Source of the DNA: Ilumatobacteraceae bacterium
Lineage (GTDB): Bacteria > Actinomycetota > Acidimicrobiia > Acidimicrobiales > Ilumatobacteraceae
Reading direction: 5' to 3'
NCBI GenBank assembly: GCA_038136655.1
Contig: JAYQAE010000001.1
Span: forward strand, 3,477 to 58,954
DNA: 55,478 nt
Shown: piece by piece, positions 1 through 9,469 of the stretch
Position numbering within the stretch: the first letter of the stretch is position 1
How the letters are laid out: each line of letters begins with the position of its first letter
The notes under the pieces: generated by a model
Database searches by the model: none
What the model was told of the DNA's origin: nothing
The model's input: the letters and a program-made list of their open reading frames with translations, nothing else
Made by a program: the position numbers and the translations under genes

Positions 1-92
1 TGGTCGTCCCGCTTCCCGGCTTCGTGAAGCGCCGCGCCGAGCGCCGCATCCTCAACGCGGTCCGCGGCCTCAAGGATCTGGCCGAGGCCTGA
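1..92 (+). CDS. 3' end of a CDS starting upstream of the window (last 29 codons ...VVPLPGFVKRRAERRILNAVRGLKDLAEA). Family not assignable; the tail weakly resembles SRPBCC/cyclase-dehydrase proteins.
   Basis: The frame is open from the window edge to TGA at 90-92 and has GC-rich third positions. It is absent from the ORF track because it is truncated. Confidence 0.35.
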   Translation, partial: VVPLPGFVKRRAERRILNAVRGLKDLAEA

Positions 93-126
93 GCGTGCCC
101 GGACACCAACCGGGGCGCCGCTGCTC

Positions 127-1077
127 GTGACGAACGGCTTCCGTCTCGGTATCGATGTCGGTGGCACGAAGTGTCTCGGAGTCGTCCTTGACGACGCCGG
201 AGCGGTCATCGACGAGGCGCGCCAGCCGACCCCGAGGGGGTCGGGCAGTCTTCCGCTCCTCATCGACACCCTGGCCGCGATGGTGTCCGATGTCGAGACC
301 CGCATCGGTCCGGTGGTCTCGGTCGGTATCGGTGTGCCTGGTCTGGTCACCTACGCCGGAGTCCTGCGAGCGGCCCCCAACCTCGACGGTGTCGCCGACT
401 TCGACGTGGCGGGTCTGCTTGGCCAACGCCTCGAGCAGCCCGTGCGGGTCGACAACGACGCCACCTGCGGCACGCTCGCCGAGTGGCGACTCGGAGCTGG
501 TAGCGACAGCGACGACCTCATGCTCGTGACTCTCGGCACGGGCATCGGAGGGGGTGTCGTCGCCGGAGGGGCCCTCCAGCGCGGCGCACACGGATTCGCT
601 GGTGAGTACGGACACATGGTCGTCGACCCCGATGGGCCACCGTGCCCGTGCGGACGCCAGGGATGCTGGGAGCGGTACGCCTCCGGGTCCGGCCTCGCTC
701 GCCTCGCCCGTGAGTACGCGGTCGGTCGGCGGGTCTCGAGGGTGCTCGAGTTGGCTGGGGGAGATCCAGAATCGGTGCGCGGCGAGCACGTCCAGGCGGC
801 GGCCCGCGAGGGGGACCCCGACTCGCTCAGAGTCATCGACGCCTTTGGTCGATGGGTGGCACTCGGTCTCGTCAACCTCACCAACATCTTGGACCCCGAT
901 CTCTTCGTGCTCGGCGGAGGTCTCGCGGCCGGCTCCGATCTCTACCTCGGGCCGATCCAACGATGGTTCGGCGAGTTGCTCTACCAACCCGATCTTCGTC
1001 CCCATCCGCGAGTGAAGTTCGCCGAGTTCGGCGAGCGCGCCGGGGCGGTCGGCGCCGCGCTCCTCCACGAGACCTGA
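127..1077 (+). CDS. ROK-family sugar kinase (glucokinase-like)
   Basis: 316-aa track ORF. N-terminal ATP-binding motif LGIDVGGTK and ROK zinc motif PCPCGRQGCWERYASG. Confidence 0.85.
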   Translation: MTNGFRLGIDVGGTKCLGVVLDDAGAVIDEARQPTPRGSGSLPLLIDTLAAMVSDVETRIGPVVSVGIGVPGLVTYAGVLRAAPNLDGVADFDVAGLLGQRLEQPVRVDNDATCGTLAEWRLGAGSDSDDLMLVTLGTGIGGGVVAGGALQRGAHGFAGEYGHMVVDPDGPPCPCGRQGCWERYASGSGLARLAREYAVGRRVSRVLELAGGDPESVRGEHVQAAAREGDPDSLRVIDAFGRWVALGLVNLTNILDPDLFVLGGGLAAGSDLYLGPIQRWFGELLYQPDLRPHPRVKFAEFGERAGAVGAALLHET

Positions 1078-1092
1078 GCACCGGTGCGCCGG

Positions 1093-1098
1093 TAGCGT
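1093..1098 (+). promoter_or_regulatory. -10 hexamer TAGCGT placed for a leaderless transcript of the aminotransferase gene
   Basis: TANNNT lies exactly 6 nt before GTG 1105. No Shine-Dalgarno sequence in between. Confidence 0.45.
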
Positions 1099-1104
1099 GC
1101 CGGT

Positions 1105-2310
1105 GTGGAGTTTCGCCGGATCACCAACCTCCCTCCCTACGTCTTCACGATCATCAACGGCCTGAAACTCGAGGCACGCCGTTCGGGAGCCGATGTAATC
1201 GATCTCGGATTCGGCAACCCCGACATCCCCTCGCCCGACATCGCCGTCGAGAAGCTCGCCGAGGCGGCAAGGAATCCGCGCAACCATCGCTACTCGCTCA
1301 GCCGCGGTCTGCCGCGCCTCCGCGAGGAGGTCGCGAAGTACTACGCCACCAACTGGGGGGTCGATCTCGATCCAGAACTCGAGATCACCAACACCATTGG
1401 TTCCAAGGAGGGCTTCTCGCACCTCATGTGGGTGCTCCTCGAACGTGGCGACGCCGCCATCGTGCCGACTCCCTCGTATCCGATCCACATGTACGGACCG
1501 CTCTTCGCCGGCGCTGATCTCCGTCAGGTGCCGATCCGCGGACTGAGCAATCCCGATGACCGCGACGACTTCGAGGAGGGATTCTTCGAGTCGCTCCACA
1601 CCGCCTACGAGGTGGGTTGGCCGAAGCCGCGGGTGCTCGTGATCTCGTTCCCGCACAATCCGACGGGGGCGAGCGTCGACCTGGCCTTCATGCAGCGCGT
1701 GGTCGACTTCTGCCGTGAGCGCGAGATGATCGTGGTCCACGACTTCGCCTACGCCGATATCGGCTTTGGTGGAGTGCGCCCCCCGAGCATCCTGCAGGCG
1801 GAGGGAGCTAAGGACGTCGCTGTCGAGCAGTACTCGATGACGAAGTCGTTCTCGATGGCCGGTTGGCGCTCGGCGTTCATGGTGGGCAACGCCGAGGTCG
1901 TGCAGGCCCTCGTCAAGTTGAAGAGCTATCTCGACTACGGGATGTTTCAGCCGGTGCAGATCGCGGCCACGGTCGTGTTCCGAGAGGAGCCGGACTACCC
2001 GAAGGAGATCTGCTCGATCTACGAGAGCCGGTGCGACACCCTCATCGACGGTCTGGCGAAGATCGGCTGGGATGTGCCGAAGCCCGGCGGCACGATGTTC
2101 GTGTGGGCGCCGATCCCCGAGCCCTATCGCGAGATGGACTCAGTGGAGTTCTGCTCGATGCTGGTCCGCGAGTGCGACGTCGCGCTCTCGCCCGGAGTTG
2201 GTTTCGGTCCCGGTGGTGAGGGTTTCGTGCGCTTCGCGCTCATCGAGAACGAGCAGCGCATCACCCAGGCGATGCGCAACCTGAAGCGCGGCCTCGTCAA
2301 GCTCGGTTGA
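1105..2310 (+). CDS. Class I/II pyridoxal-phosphate aminotransferase (alanine/aspartate transaminase type)
   Basis: 401-aa ORF. NLPPYVF...DLGFGNPD N-terminus and the PLP-lysine motif SMTKSFSMAGWR. Confidence 0.9.
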   Translation: MEFRRITNLPPYVFTIINGLKLEARRSGADVIDLGFGNPDIPSPDIAVEKLAEAARNPRNHRYSLSRGLPRLREEVAKYYATNWGVDLDPELEITNTIGSKEGFSHLMWVLLERGDAAIVPTPSYPIHMYGPLFAGADLRQVPIRGLSNPDDRDDFEEGFFESLHTAYEVGWPKPRVLVISFPHNPTGASVDLAFMQRVVDFCREREMIVVHDFAYADIGFGGVRPPSILQAEGAKDVAVEQYSMTKSFSMAGWRSAFMVGNAEVVQALVKLKSYLDYGMFQPVQIAATVVFREEPDYPKEICSIYESRCDTLIDGLAKIGWDVPKPGGTMFVWAPIPEPYREMDSVEFCSMLVRECDVALSPGVGFGPGGEGFVRFALIENEQRITQAMRNLKRGLVKLG

Positions 2311-2349
2311 TCCGCACCGGCTCGTCACACGGTTGAAACCGCACGGTCG

Positions 2350-2355
2350 TAACCT
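2350..2355 (+). promoter_or_regulatory. -10 hexamer TAACCT placed for a leaderless transcript of the ACT-domain gene
   Basis: TANNNT lies 6 nt before GTG 2362. Confidence 0.4.
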
Positions 2356-2361
2356 TTCGCC

Positions 2362-2970
2362 GTGCACACCGTTGTCGTCCGGGTCTGGTTGCCCGATCGC
2401 CCGGGCGCTCTCGGACAGGTGGCGAGTCGCATAGGCGCTGTTCGCGGCGACGTCCTCGGCATTGAGGTGCTCGAGAGCGGAGCGGGCAGCGTGATCGACG
2501 AGCTCGTCGTGGTGCTGCCCGATGAGGGATTGGTCGCGCTCATGGTGAGCGAGATCGACGCTGTCGACGGGGTCTCGGTCGAGGATGTCCGAGCGATTGA
2601 GGGAGGACATATCGACCCTGACCTCGCCGCCCTGGCGCTCATCGCCGAGGTGGCCGAGGCGGCACTCGGAGAGCGTCGAACGACGCTCGTTGCCTTGATC
2701 GCCGAACTGATCGGCGCCGACTGGGCGGTCCTGCTCCGCGACGGGGTCGAGATGGCCCGAGTGGGTGATCTACCCGAGGAGGGTGCGCTCGATCCCTACC
2801 GCCGTGGGCGCGAGCATCCCCTGTCAGCTGGGCCCGAGAGCGACGTCTTCTGGTCGAGTCGGCCCGACGGTCCCGTGCTCGTGGCTCGCCGAGCGAGCCG
2901 ACCCATTCACACCCGTGAGCGCGATCGGGTCGACGCGATCATGCGGGTTGCCGCGAGCCTGCTCGACTGA
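2362..2970 (+). CDS. ACT-domain-containing protein (small-molecule-binding regulatory domain plus an uncharacterised C-terminal half)
   Basis: 202-aa ORF. The N-terminus VVRVWLPDRPGALGQVASRIGAVRGDVLGIEV is a typical ACT beta-alpha-beta start. Confidence 0.6.
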   Translation: MHTVVVRVWLPDRPGALGQVASRIGAVRGDVLGIEVLESGAGSVIDELVVVLPDEGLVALMVSEIDAVDGVSVEDVRAIEGGHIDPDLAALALIAEVAEAALGERRTTLVALIAELIGADWAVLLRDGVEMARVGDLPEEGALDPYRRGREHPLSAGPESDVFWSSRPDGPVLVARRASRPIHTRERDRVDAIMRVAASLLD

Positions 2971-2976
2971 TCCAGA

Positions 2977-4458
2977 TCAGTTCGCGGCCCAGCCACGGGA
3001 CCGCTCGACGGCCCGCAACCACTCACCGTGGCCGAGGTCGGCAAGCGTCCGGTCAGGCTCAGGCTCGAACGAGGCCTCGACCGACCAGGCCGCGGCGAGC
3101 GACTCCTCATCGGGCCACACCCCCTCGGCGAGGCCCGCGAGATAGGCGGCGCCGAGCGCGGTCGACTCGCGGTCGACCGGACGGATCACGCGGACTCCCA
3201 GCTGGTCTGCTTGGAACTGGAGCAGCAGGTCCATTACCGAAGCTCCGCCATCGACGCGGAGGTCGGTGATCGGAACACCACTCGCGGCCACCATCGCGTC
3301 GACGACGTCGCGCACCTGATACGCCATCGATTCAACGACCGCGCGCGCCAGGTGCGCCTTGGAGGAACCTCGCGTCAGACCGCAGATCGTTCCTCGCGCC
3401 CACGGGTCCCACCACGGTGAGCCGAGGCCGGCGAAGGCCGGAACCACGTAGACACCACCTGAATCGGCGACCGAGGCAGCGAGCGGGCCGATCTCCGCAG
3501 CCTCGGAGATCACGCCGAGGCCGTCACGTAGCCACTGGATGGCGGCACCCGTCACGAAGACCGCTCCTTCGAGGGCGTAGGTGACGGAACCGTCCGCGAG
3601 TTGCCAGGCGACGGTGGTCAGCATGCCCGGGGTTGGCTCGGGGCATGAGGCGCCGACGTTGAGGAGGATGAAGCTGCCGGTGCCGTAGGTGTTCTTCGCC
3701 TGGCCGGGCCGTAGGCAGTTCTGACCGAAGAGCGCCGCCTGCTGATCGCCGGCGATTCCCGAGACCGGGATGCCCGTCGGCAGGCCCTCGGCCGCGGTCA
3801 GGCACAGCCGGCCGCTCGATGGCCGCACTTCGGGGAGCGCGCTCATCGGGACCGAGAGCAGATCGCAGAGCTCTGAATCCCAGCGCAGGTTGGCGATGTC
3901 GAAGAGCATCGTCCTCGACGCGTTCGTCACATCGGTCAGATGCTCGGCTCCGGAGGTGAGGCGATAGATCAGCCAGGAGTCGATGGTGCCAAGGGCGAGT
4001 CGGTCATCGGTCGGGAGCGAGCGCTCGCGAATCAACCATTCGAACTTGGTCCCACTGAAGTAAGGGTCGAGGACGAGGCCCGTGCGGGATCGGATCAGAT
4101 CGAGGTGCCCGGCTGCGGTGAGCGCCTCACACCGGTCTGCGGTGCGACGGTCCTGCCAGACGATGGCGCTGCCGAACGACTCCCCGGTGGTTCGGTCCCA
4201 GGCGACGACGGTCTCGCGCTGGTTGGTGATGCCGATCGCGGCGACATTGTCGGCTCCCACCTCATGAATGACCTCCGACAGCGTGGTGACCACCGATGAC
4301 CAGATCTCGTCGGGATCGTGCTCGACCCAGCCCGGGTTCGGGAAGTACTGGGTGAACTCCCGGTAGGAGGCAACCGGCGGGCGGCCATCGACGAACACCG
4401 CCCGAGAACGGACCCCCGTCGTGCCGGCATCGATCGCGATTACGCAGGTGGCGGCCAT
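2977..4458 (-). CDS. glpK: Glycerol kinase
   Basis: Taken from internal ATG 4458 (MAATCVIAIDAGTTG...) of the 689-aa track ORF. Motifs GWVEHDPDEIW, GITNQRETVVAWD, KNTYGTGSF. The upstream 196 codons of the ORF are Arg/Pro/Ser-rich and non-homologous. Confidence 0.95.
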   Translation of the reverse strand: MAATCVIAIDAGTTGVRSRAVFVDGRPPVASYREFTQYFPNPGWVEHDPDEIWSSVVTTLSEVIHEVGADNVAAIGITNQRETVVAWDRTTGESFGSAIVWQDRRTADRCEALTAAGHLDLIRSRTGLVLDPYFSGTKFEWLIRERSLPTDDRLALGTIDSWLIYRLTSGAEHLTDVTNASRTMLFDIANLRWDSELCDLLSVPMSALPEVRPSSGRLCLTAAEGLPTGIPVSGIAGDQQAALFGQNCLRPGQAKNTYGTGSFILLNVGASCPEPTPGMLTTVAWQLADGSVTYALEGAVFVTGAAIQWLRDGLGVISEAAEIGPLAASVADSGGVYVVPAFAGLGSPWWDPWARGTICGLTRGSSKAHLARAVVESMAYQVRDVVDAMVAASGVPITDLRVDGGASVMDLLLQFQADQLGVRVIRPVDRESTALGAAYLAGLAEGVWPDEESLAAAWSVEASFEPEPDRTLADLGHGEWLRAVERSRGWAAN

Positions 4459-4464
4459 TCGTCG

Positions 4465-4470
4465 ATCGTA
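4465..4470 (-). promoter_or_regulatory. -10 hexamer TACGAT (minus strand) placed for a leaderless glpK transcript
   Basis: Minus-strand sequence reads TACGAT-cgacga-ATG, a 6-nt gap. Confidence 0.4.
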
Positions 4471-4489
4471 CCCCTCGGTCCCGGACCGC

Positions 4490-4798
4490 TCAGCGGCGCG
4501 GGCGCCCGCCGCCGGTGCGGCGGGTGGGTGCCGGCCGCGGACGACGGGCGGGTTCCGGAGACGGTTCGGCAGCCGCAGGCCGCGCTCGGCGCAGACGGTC
4601 GCGCTTGTACCCGAACTTCGCGAGCACGGCACCGAAAGCGACGTACAGGGGGCCGGACACGAGCAGTCCCGCGACGGCACCGACTCGGTCGGCGCCGTCG
4701 ACCACGAGGACGAGCACGACCAACATGATGAAGACGTAGACGATCCATTCCCGGACGAGACGTCCCCACGGGACGGGATGGGTCGAATCCCAAGCCAC
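4490..4798 (-). CDS. Small two-helix membrane protein with an Arg/Pro-rich tail (hypothetical)
   Basis: 102-aa ORF with GTG start. Hydrophobic segments IVYVFIMLVVLVLVV and GAVAGLLVSGPLYVAFGAVLA. GC-rich third positions. Confidence 0.5.
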   Translation of the reverse strand: MAWDSTHPVPWGRLVREWIVYVFIMLVVLVLVVDGADRVGAVAGLLVSGPLYVAFGAVLAKFGYKRDRLRRARPAAAEPSPEPARRPRPAPTRRTGGGRPRR

Positions 4799-4824
4799 GC
4801 GTTCGTTCTAGCAGCGCTCACTCG

Positions 4825-4830
4825 TAGTAT
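4825..4830 (+). promoter_or_regulatory. -10 hexamer TAGTAT placed for a leaderless pfkA transcript
   Basis: TAGTAT lies 7 nt before GTG 4838, within a 39-nt divergent intergenic region. Confidence 0.45.
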
Positions 4831-4837
4831 CCGACTG

Positions 4838-5875
4838 GTGCGCGTGGGAGTGCTGACCGGGGGCGGAGACTGCCCGGGCCTGAACGCCGTGATCCGGGCG
4901 ATCGTGCGCAAGGGCGAACGCGTGCTCGGTGACGACATCGTCGGTTTCTTGGATGCCTGGGACGGGGTGATGGATCGCCGCACCATGCCGCTCACCGTGG
5001 AGAGCATGCGGGGGAGCCTGCCCCGCGGTGGCACCGTCCTCGGCACGCGACGCGGGAGCCCACTCGATCACAGCGATGGGGTGGAGCGCGTCCGGTCGAC
5101 GATCCATGACCTCGGCCTCGACGGCATCATCGTGATCGGAGGGAACGGCTCACTGACCGTCGCCGAACTCCTGCACCGAGAGCACGGAATTCCCGTGCTC
5201 GGGGTGCCGAAGACGATCGACAACGACATCGTCGGCACCGACCTCACCTTCGGCTTCAACACGGCGGTGCAGATCGCCACCGACGCGATCGACCGCCTTC
5301 ACACCACGGCAGAGAGCCATGACCGCGTCATGGTCGTCGAGGTCATGGGCCGCAACAGCGGTTGGATCGCGACGCACGCGGGGATCGCCGGGGGCGCGAC
5401 CGTGGTGCTCGTGCCGGAGCACCCCTTCGACATCGATCAGGTGTGCGAGCGTCTGACCCGACGCCACAGCCGTGGCCGGTACGCCTCGATCGTGGTGGTG
5501 GCCGAGGGCGCGGTGCCAGTCGAGGGCTCACTCGCCGGCGGACCTGATCCCGAGGTCGACCGCTTCGGACATGCGCGACTCGGTGGGATCGGGCACATCG
5601 TCGCCGACGAGATCGGACGTCGAACCGGCTTCGAGACGCGACCGGTGCTGCTCGGCCACGTCCAGCGCGGTGGCACCCCGACCGCCTTCGACCGCGTGCT
5701 CTCAACGCGATTCGGTGTCGCCGCGATCGACGCCGTTCACGCTGGTGCCTGGGGTTCGATGGTGGCGCTCCGCGGCAGCGAGATCGTCACGGTCCCGCTC
5801 GCCGAGGCGGCGGGTCGGAGCCGACCCGTCGACCTCGCGCTGTTCACCGATGTCGCCGAGATCTTCTTCGCCTGA
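4838..5875 (+). CDS. pfkA: 6-phosphofructokinase (PfkA family)
   Basis: Start chosen at GTG 4838 (MRVGVLTGGGDCPGLNAVIR). Motifs IGGNGS and GVPKTIDNDI. The N-terminal 139 codons of the track ORF overlap the opposite-strand genes. Confidence 0.9.
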   Translation: MRVGVLTGGGDCPGLNAVIRAIVRKGERVLGDDIVGFLDAWDGVMDRRTMPLTVESMRGSLPRGGTVLGTRRGSPLDHSDGVERVRSTIHDLGLDGIIVIGGNGSLTVAELLHREHGIPVLGVPKTIDNDIVGTDLTFGFNTAVQIATDAIDRLHTTAESHDRVMVVEVMGRNSGWIATHAGIAGGATVVLVPEHPFDIDQVCERLTRRHSRGRYASIVVVAEGAVPVEGSLAGGPDPEVDRFGHARLGGIGHIVADEIGRRTGFETRPVLLGHVQRGGTPTAFDRVLSTRFGVAAIDAVHAGAWGSMVALRGSEIVTVPLAEAAGRSRPVDLALFTDVAEIFFA

Positions 5876-5878
5876 GCC

Positions 5879-6478
5879 TCACACCCGCGCGGGGAGCACC
5901 GGATAGTCGGGCTGTGCGGACACGGCGTAGCCCGGGAAGTCGTAGGAGCGCAGCAGGCCGGTCGTGGTGGCGCCGTCGGGCCGGGGCCAGGGGAAGCGCT
6001 GACCGTCGACGGTGAGCTGCACCGCATCGACGCCGACGATGTCTGTCGCGGTGAACACGATCTGGGCCACGGCGAGGGTGAGGCCAGAGCCCGACAATTC
6101 GGCGATCGCCGAGGACAGGTCGACGTAGAGGACCGAGCCCACCGAGCGGGTGCTCAGCACCTCGAGCTCGGCCGGTAGGGCGGAACTGAGTGGAAGGGAG
6201 AGCTCATCCTCGGTCGGTCCGGCGACCAGTGCGGCGAGCAGATCGTCGCGGGTGCCCGACGACCGGGTCACCGAGCGGACCTGACGGGGCTCGGTCGGTG
6301 TGAGGAGGTAGATCCGCGCGTCCCCGCCCGACACTCCAGCCGCCGAGATCGGCGACGCCGGGAGCGAGCGGTCCTCGATCGGGATGTCCCGAGGCGCCGC
6401 GTCGGGTCGGATGCCGCATCCGGTGACGAACACGGAGGCGAGGGCGGCGACGGAGCTCAACGCTCCGAGTCGCATCAC
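5879..6478 (-). CDS. Lipoprotein with a GerMN-type domain (minimal LpqB-like partner of the MtrAB pair)
   Basis: Signal peptide plus lipobox (ASVFVTGC). GerMN-like core LYVDLS...LAVAQIVFTATDIVGVDAVQLTVDG. Its start GTGATG overlaps the kinase stop codon. Confidence 0.7.
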   Translation of the reverse strand: MMRLGALSSVAALASVFVTGCGIRPDAAPRDIPIEDRSLPASPISAAGVSGGDARIYLLTPTEPRQVRSVTRSSGTRDDLLAALVAGPTEDELSLPLSSALPAELEVLSTRSVGSVLYVDLSSAIAELSGSGLTLAVAQIVFTATDIVGVDAVQLTVDGQRFPWPRPDGATTTGLLRSYDFPGYAVSAQPDYPVLPARV

Positions 6479-7947
6479 GAGTCGTCTCCGAGGTCCTCGG
6501 CGGGCAGTTCGATCACGAAGGTGGACCCGAGGCCCTCAGGACCGGTTTCCACCCAGACCGAGCCCGAGTGGAGTCGGACGTGCTCGGCCACGAGTGCGAG
6601 ACCAAGGCCAGCTCCGTCGTTGTCGCGGCGCCTGCCCGCTCCGCCGCCGCGGGCGAACCGCTCGAAGATGAGTCGCCGCTCCTCCTCGGGGACGCCAGGG
6701 CCGGAGTCGGATACCTCGATGCGGACGTGGGAGATCTCGGCGTCCATCGCCGGAATCCCGACCCGTACCGCCGCTGAGCCACCACCGTGGATTCGGGCGT
6801 TGTCGATGAGGTTGGCGATGACGCGCGCCAGTCGTCGCCGGTCGCCGGTGATGAGGGTGTTCTCGGCTCGATCCTCGATGACCACCGGGGTGTCGGGAAG
6901 GGAGCTGACGGCGACCGCCTGGGCGACGAACTCGGCGGTGAGCAGCTCGTCGAGATTCGGGCGCACGGCGCCGGCGTCGAAGCGGGAGATCTCGAGGAGG
7001 TCCTCCACGAGCGTTCGGAACCGCGCCACGTCGCTCGACAGCAGGTCCACGGCCGCGCGTGCCCTATCGGGCATCTCGTCGCGCCGACCCTCGATCACCT
7101 CGATTGAGGCGGCGAGGGTCATGAGCGGGGAGCGCAGCTCGTGGCTGACGTCGGAGGCGAAGCGCGCGTCGCGCTCGATGCGCTCCTGGAGGGCTCGCGC
7201 CATCTCATTGAATGAATCGGCGAGGGCGCCGAGATCGGGGTCAGCGGTGGTGGCCAGACGTGTCTCGAGCCGACCGCCGGCGATCGCCTTCGCGGCCATG
7301 GCGGCATCGGCCACCGGGCGCACGGCGCGCCGCGAGAGCACCACACCGGCGATGACCGCGAGCGCGATCGTGATTCCGCCGGCCAAGTAGAGCGATAGCT
7401 GCACGCTCTGGAGCGTGGTGGAGACGTCATCAAGGGTGAAGAACTCGAAGTAGGCGGCACCCTCGGCGAGGGGCCAGCCGACGACGACGTGGGGGTCGCC
7501 CTCGACATCGGTGATCATCCGCGCCGGGATCACGTCGTCGATGACTCGGTCGACCAAGGCTTGGGGGAGCGCCGCGGCCTGGTAGCGGTTGCTTGAGGCC
7601 CACCACTGATCGTTCGACCAGATCAGGGCGCGTTGCACACCGAGCGACTCGAGCGCGTCGATGGCCGGCTGCGCCGAGGGAGCCGGTCCGCGCAGATTGT
7701 TCTGCACGGTCTGCGCGTTGCGACGGGTCGCGTCGATGCCCGCCGTCTCGGTTTGCTGCACGACGTTCGATCGCGTCAGCGCGTAGGTCGCTCCGGCGAG
7801 TAGGACGGCGAGCACGGCAGATCCGAGGGTGAAGATGAGGAGGATCCTCCGCCGGAGTCCGCCGCGGAGACCGCGCCGAAGGCCGGTGGGTCGCGCTGAA
7901 CGGTCGGCCGGGGTCCGAGGCGTCGGCGCCTCGGCGGTGAGGGTCAC
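6475..7947 (-). CDS. mtrB: Sensor histidine kinase, MtrB-like (2 TM helices, HAMP, HisKA, HATPase)
   Basis: Start GTG 7947 overlaps the regulator's TGA (GTGA). H-box SHELRSPL, N-box NLIDNARIHG, G-boxes DSGPGV and GAGLGLALV. Confidence 0.85.
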   Translation of the reverse strand: MTLTAEAPTPRTPADRSARPTGLRRGLRGGLRRRILLIFTLGSAVLAVLLAGATYALTRSNVVQQTETAGIDATRRNAQTVQNNLRGPAPSAQPAIDALESLGVQRALIWSNDQWWASSNRYQAAALPQALVDRVIDDVIPARMITDVEGDPHVVVGWPLAEGAAYFEFFTLDDVSTTLQSVQLSLYLAGGITIALAVIAGVVLSRRAVRPVADAAMAAKAIAGGRLETRLATTADPDLGALADSFNEMARALQERIERDARFASDVSHELRSPLMTLAASIEVIEGRRDEMPDRARAAVDLLSSDVARFRTLVEDLLEISRFDAGAVRPNLDELLTAEFVAQAVAVSSLPDTPVVIEDRAENTLITGDRRRLARVIANLIDNARIHGGGSAAVRVGIPAMDAEISHVRIEVSDSGPGVPEEERRLIFERFARGGGAGRRRDNDGAGLGLALVAEHVRLHSGSVWVETGPEGLGSTFVIELPAEDLGDDS

Positions 7948-8630
7948 GTCTGGAGGCGGTAGCCGAGGCCCCGGACGGTCACGACATGTCGCGGATTCGC
8001 GGGGTCGGCCTCGATCTTCGTGCGGAGGCGACGGACGTGCACGTCGACCAGGCGACCGTCGCCGAAGTAGTCGTAACCCCACACCTTGTCGAGAAGGGCC
8101 TCGCGCGAGAACACCTTTCCGGGGTTGTCGGCGAGTTCGCACAGCAGGCGGAACTCGGTCTTCGTGAGGTGCACCTCCGAACCGCCCCGCAGCACCTTGC
8201 CCTCATCGGGAACCAGTTCGAGGTCGCCGAAGACGAGGCGGGCGTGCGGGGTGGATCCCGGGCGGGCGCGACGCAGAAGAGCACGGATGCGCGCCGACAA
8301 CTCCTTCGGAGCGAAGGGTTTCGTGAGGTAGTCATCGGCCCCGGCCTCGAGTCCAGCGACGATGTCGTGAGTGTCGTTGCGGGCCGTGACCATCACCACG
8401 GGCACGTCGCTCGATCGCCTGATCCCTCGGCAGAGCTCGAAGCCGTCCATGCCGGGCAGCATGATGTCGATCAGCACGACATCGGGTGGGGTGGTCTGGA
8501 AGATGGCGACGGCGTCCTCGCCGCTCTCGGCCTCGTCGACGGTCCAGCCCTCGTCCTCAAGGGCGAGGCGCACCGCGGTTCTGATCCGCTCGTCGTCCTC
8601 AACGGTGAGGATTCTCGTTCCCACGGCCAC
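7944..8630 (-). CDS. mtrA: OmpR/PhoB-type response regulator, MtrA-like
   Basis: Receiver domain RILTVEDDE...VLIDIMLPGMDG and winged helix LTKTEFRLL...VRGLGYRL. Start is GTG 8630 (alternative GTG 8624), giving about 228 aa. Confidence 0.85.
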   Translation of the reverse strand: MAVGTRILTVEDDERIRTAVRLALEDEGWTVDEAESGEDAVAIFQTTPPDVVLIDIMLPGMDGFELCRGIRRSSDVPVVMVTARNDTHDIVAGLEAGADDYLTKPFAPKELSARIRALLRRARPGSTPHARLVFGDLELVPDEGKVLRGGSEVHLTKTEFRLLCELADNPGKVFSREALLDKVWGYDYFGDGRLVDVHVRRLRTKIEADPANPRHVVTVRGLGYRLQT

Positions 8631-8653
8631 AGTCTGCCCGATCCGCGGCCGGG

Positions 8654-9469
8654 TTACCCGTCGCTCTCGTCGCCTCGTGACCGCCCGAGCAGTTCCAGCA
8701 TCGCCCCATGGGTCCCCGGGGAGGCGACCAGCACTGACCCGGGATGCACCGGCCCGCCCGAGAGGTCGCTGACGGTGGCACCGGCCTCGCGAGCGATCAG
8801 GAGTCCCGCTGCGACGTCCCATTCGTTGAGTTGCTCCTCGTAGTACGCGTCGAGGGAGCCGTCAGCGACGAGGCAGAGATCGACGGCGGCGGACCCCGTG
8901 CGTCGGATGTCGCGTACCTCGCCGATCAGCGCCGCGACGGTTCGCGCCTGTCGGCGTCGGAGATCGGAGTCGTAACCGAACCCGGTTCCAACGAGGGTGA
9001 GTTCGATCTCGCGAGCGCTCGAGACCGAGATCGAACGGCCGTCGAGGGTCGCGCCACCTCCAAGATGGGCGGAGTAGGTGCGACCGAGGGCCGGCAGGCG
9101 AACCGCGCCGGCGATCGTGGTCTCTTCGGAAGCCACCGCCACCGAGGTGGCCCACAGGGGAAGGCCGTAGGCGAAGTTGGTGGTGCCGTCGATCGGATCG
9201 ATCGCCCAGCGGTATCCGGTGGATCCGGGGCTGGAGCCTTCCTCCTCGCCGAGGATCCCGTCGCCGGGACGCTCGCGTCCGAGCGCCTCGCGAATGGAGC
9301 GTTCGGCCGCGAGGTCGAACTCGGTCACCATGTCGGTCCCCGACGACTTGGTGCCCGCTTCGGGGACACGGTGCCCGCGCCCCTCGAGCGCGATCGCTCC
9401 CGCGGTCTCAGCCAGTCGCTCGCAGAGGGTTCGGAGTTCGGTTGCCGAGGGGGACGGACCGGCGCTCAC
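8654..9469 (-). CDS. Inositol monophosphatase family protein (SuhB/ImpA/HisN type)
   Basis: Motifs GEEEG, WAIDPIDGTTNF, and AAVDLCLVADG. GTG 9469 overlaps the upstream gene's TGA (GTGA). Confidence 0.85.
   Translation of the reverse strand: MSAGPSPSATELRTLCERLAETAGAIALEGRGHRVPEAGTKSSGTDMVTEFDLAAERSIREALGRERPGDGILGEEEGSSPGSTGYRWAIDPIDGTTNFAYGLPLWATSVAVASEETTIAGAVRLPALGRTYSAHLGGGATLDGRSISVSSAREIELTLVGTGFGYDSDLRRRQARTVAALIGEVRDIRRTGSAAVDLCLVADGSLDAYYEEQLNEWDVAAGLLIAREAGATVSDLSGGPVHPGSVLVASPGTHGAMLELLGRSRGDESDG

Noticed and set aside
70-1740. 556-aa minus-strand ORF spanning the ROK kinase and aminotransferase genes
   Set aside because: It is antisense to two genes with clear family motifs. The translation is low-complexity and Arg/Gly/Asp/Val-rich with no recognisable domain, which is typical of a high-GC shadow frame.
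2977-5875. N-terminal extensions of the track ORFs for glpK (to 5046) and pfkA (from 4421). The same applies to murD (from 21000), ppdK (from 49207), yyaL (to 46005), dinB (from 9442) and the acyl-CoA dehydrogenase (from 11932).
   Set aside because: The extensions overlap neighbouring genes, are Arg/Pro-rich and non-homologous. Homolog-like N-termini begin at internal starts that carry either a leaderless -10 or a 4-nt overlap.
4838-5875. Inferring a PPi-dependent phosphofructokinase, and hence PPi-based glycolysis together with ppdK
   Set aside because: The GGNGS and PKTIDND motifs resemble those of actinobacterial ATP-dependent PfkA (Gly at the 104-equivalent, Lys at the 124-equivalent). 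Donor specificity cannot be read from this sequence alone.
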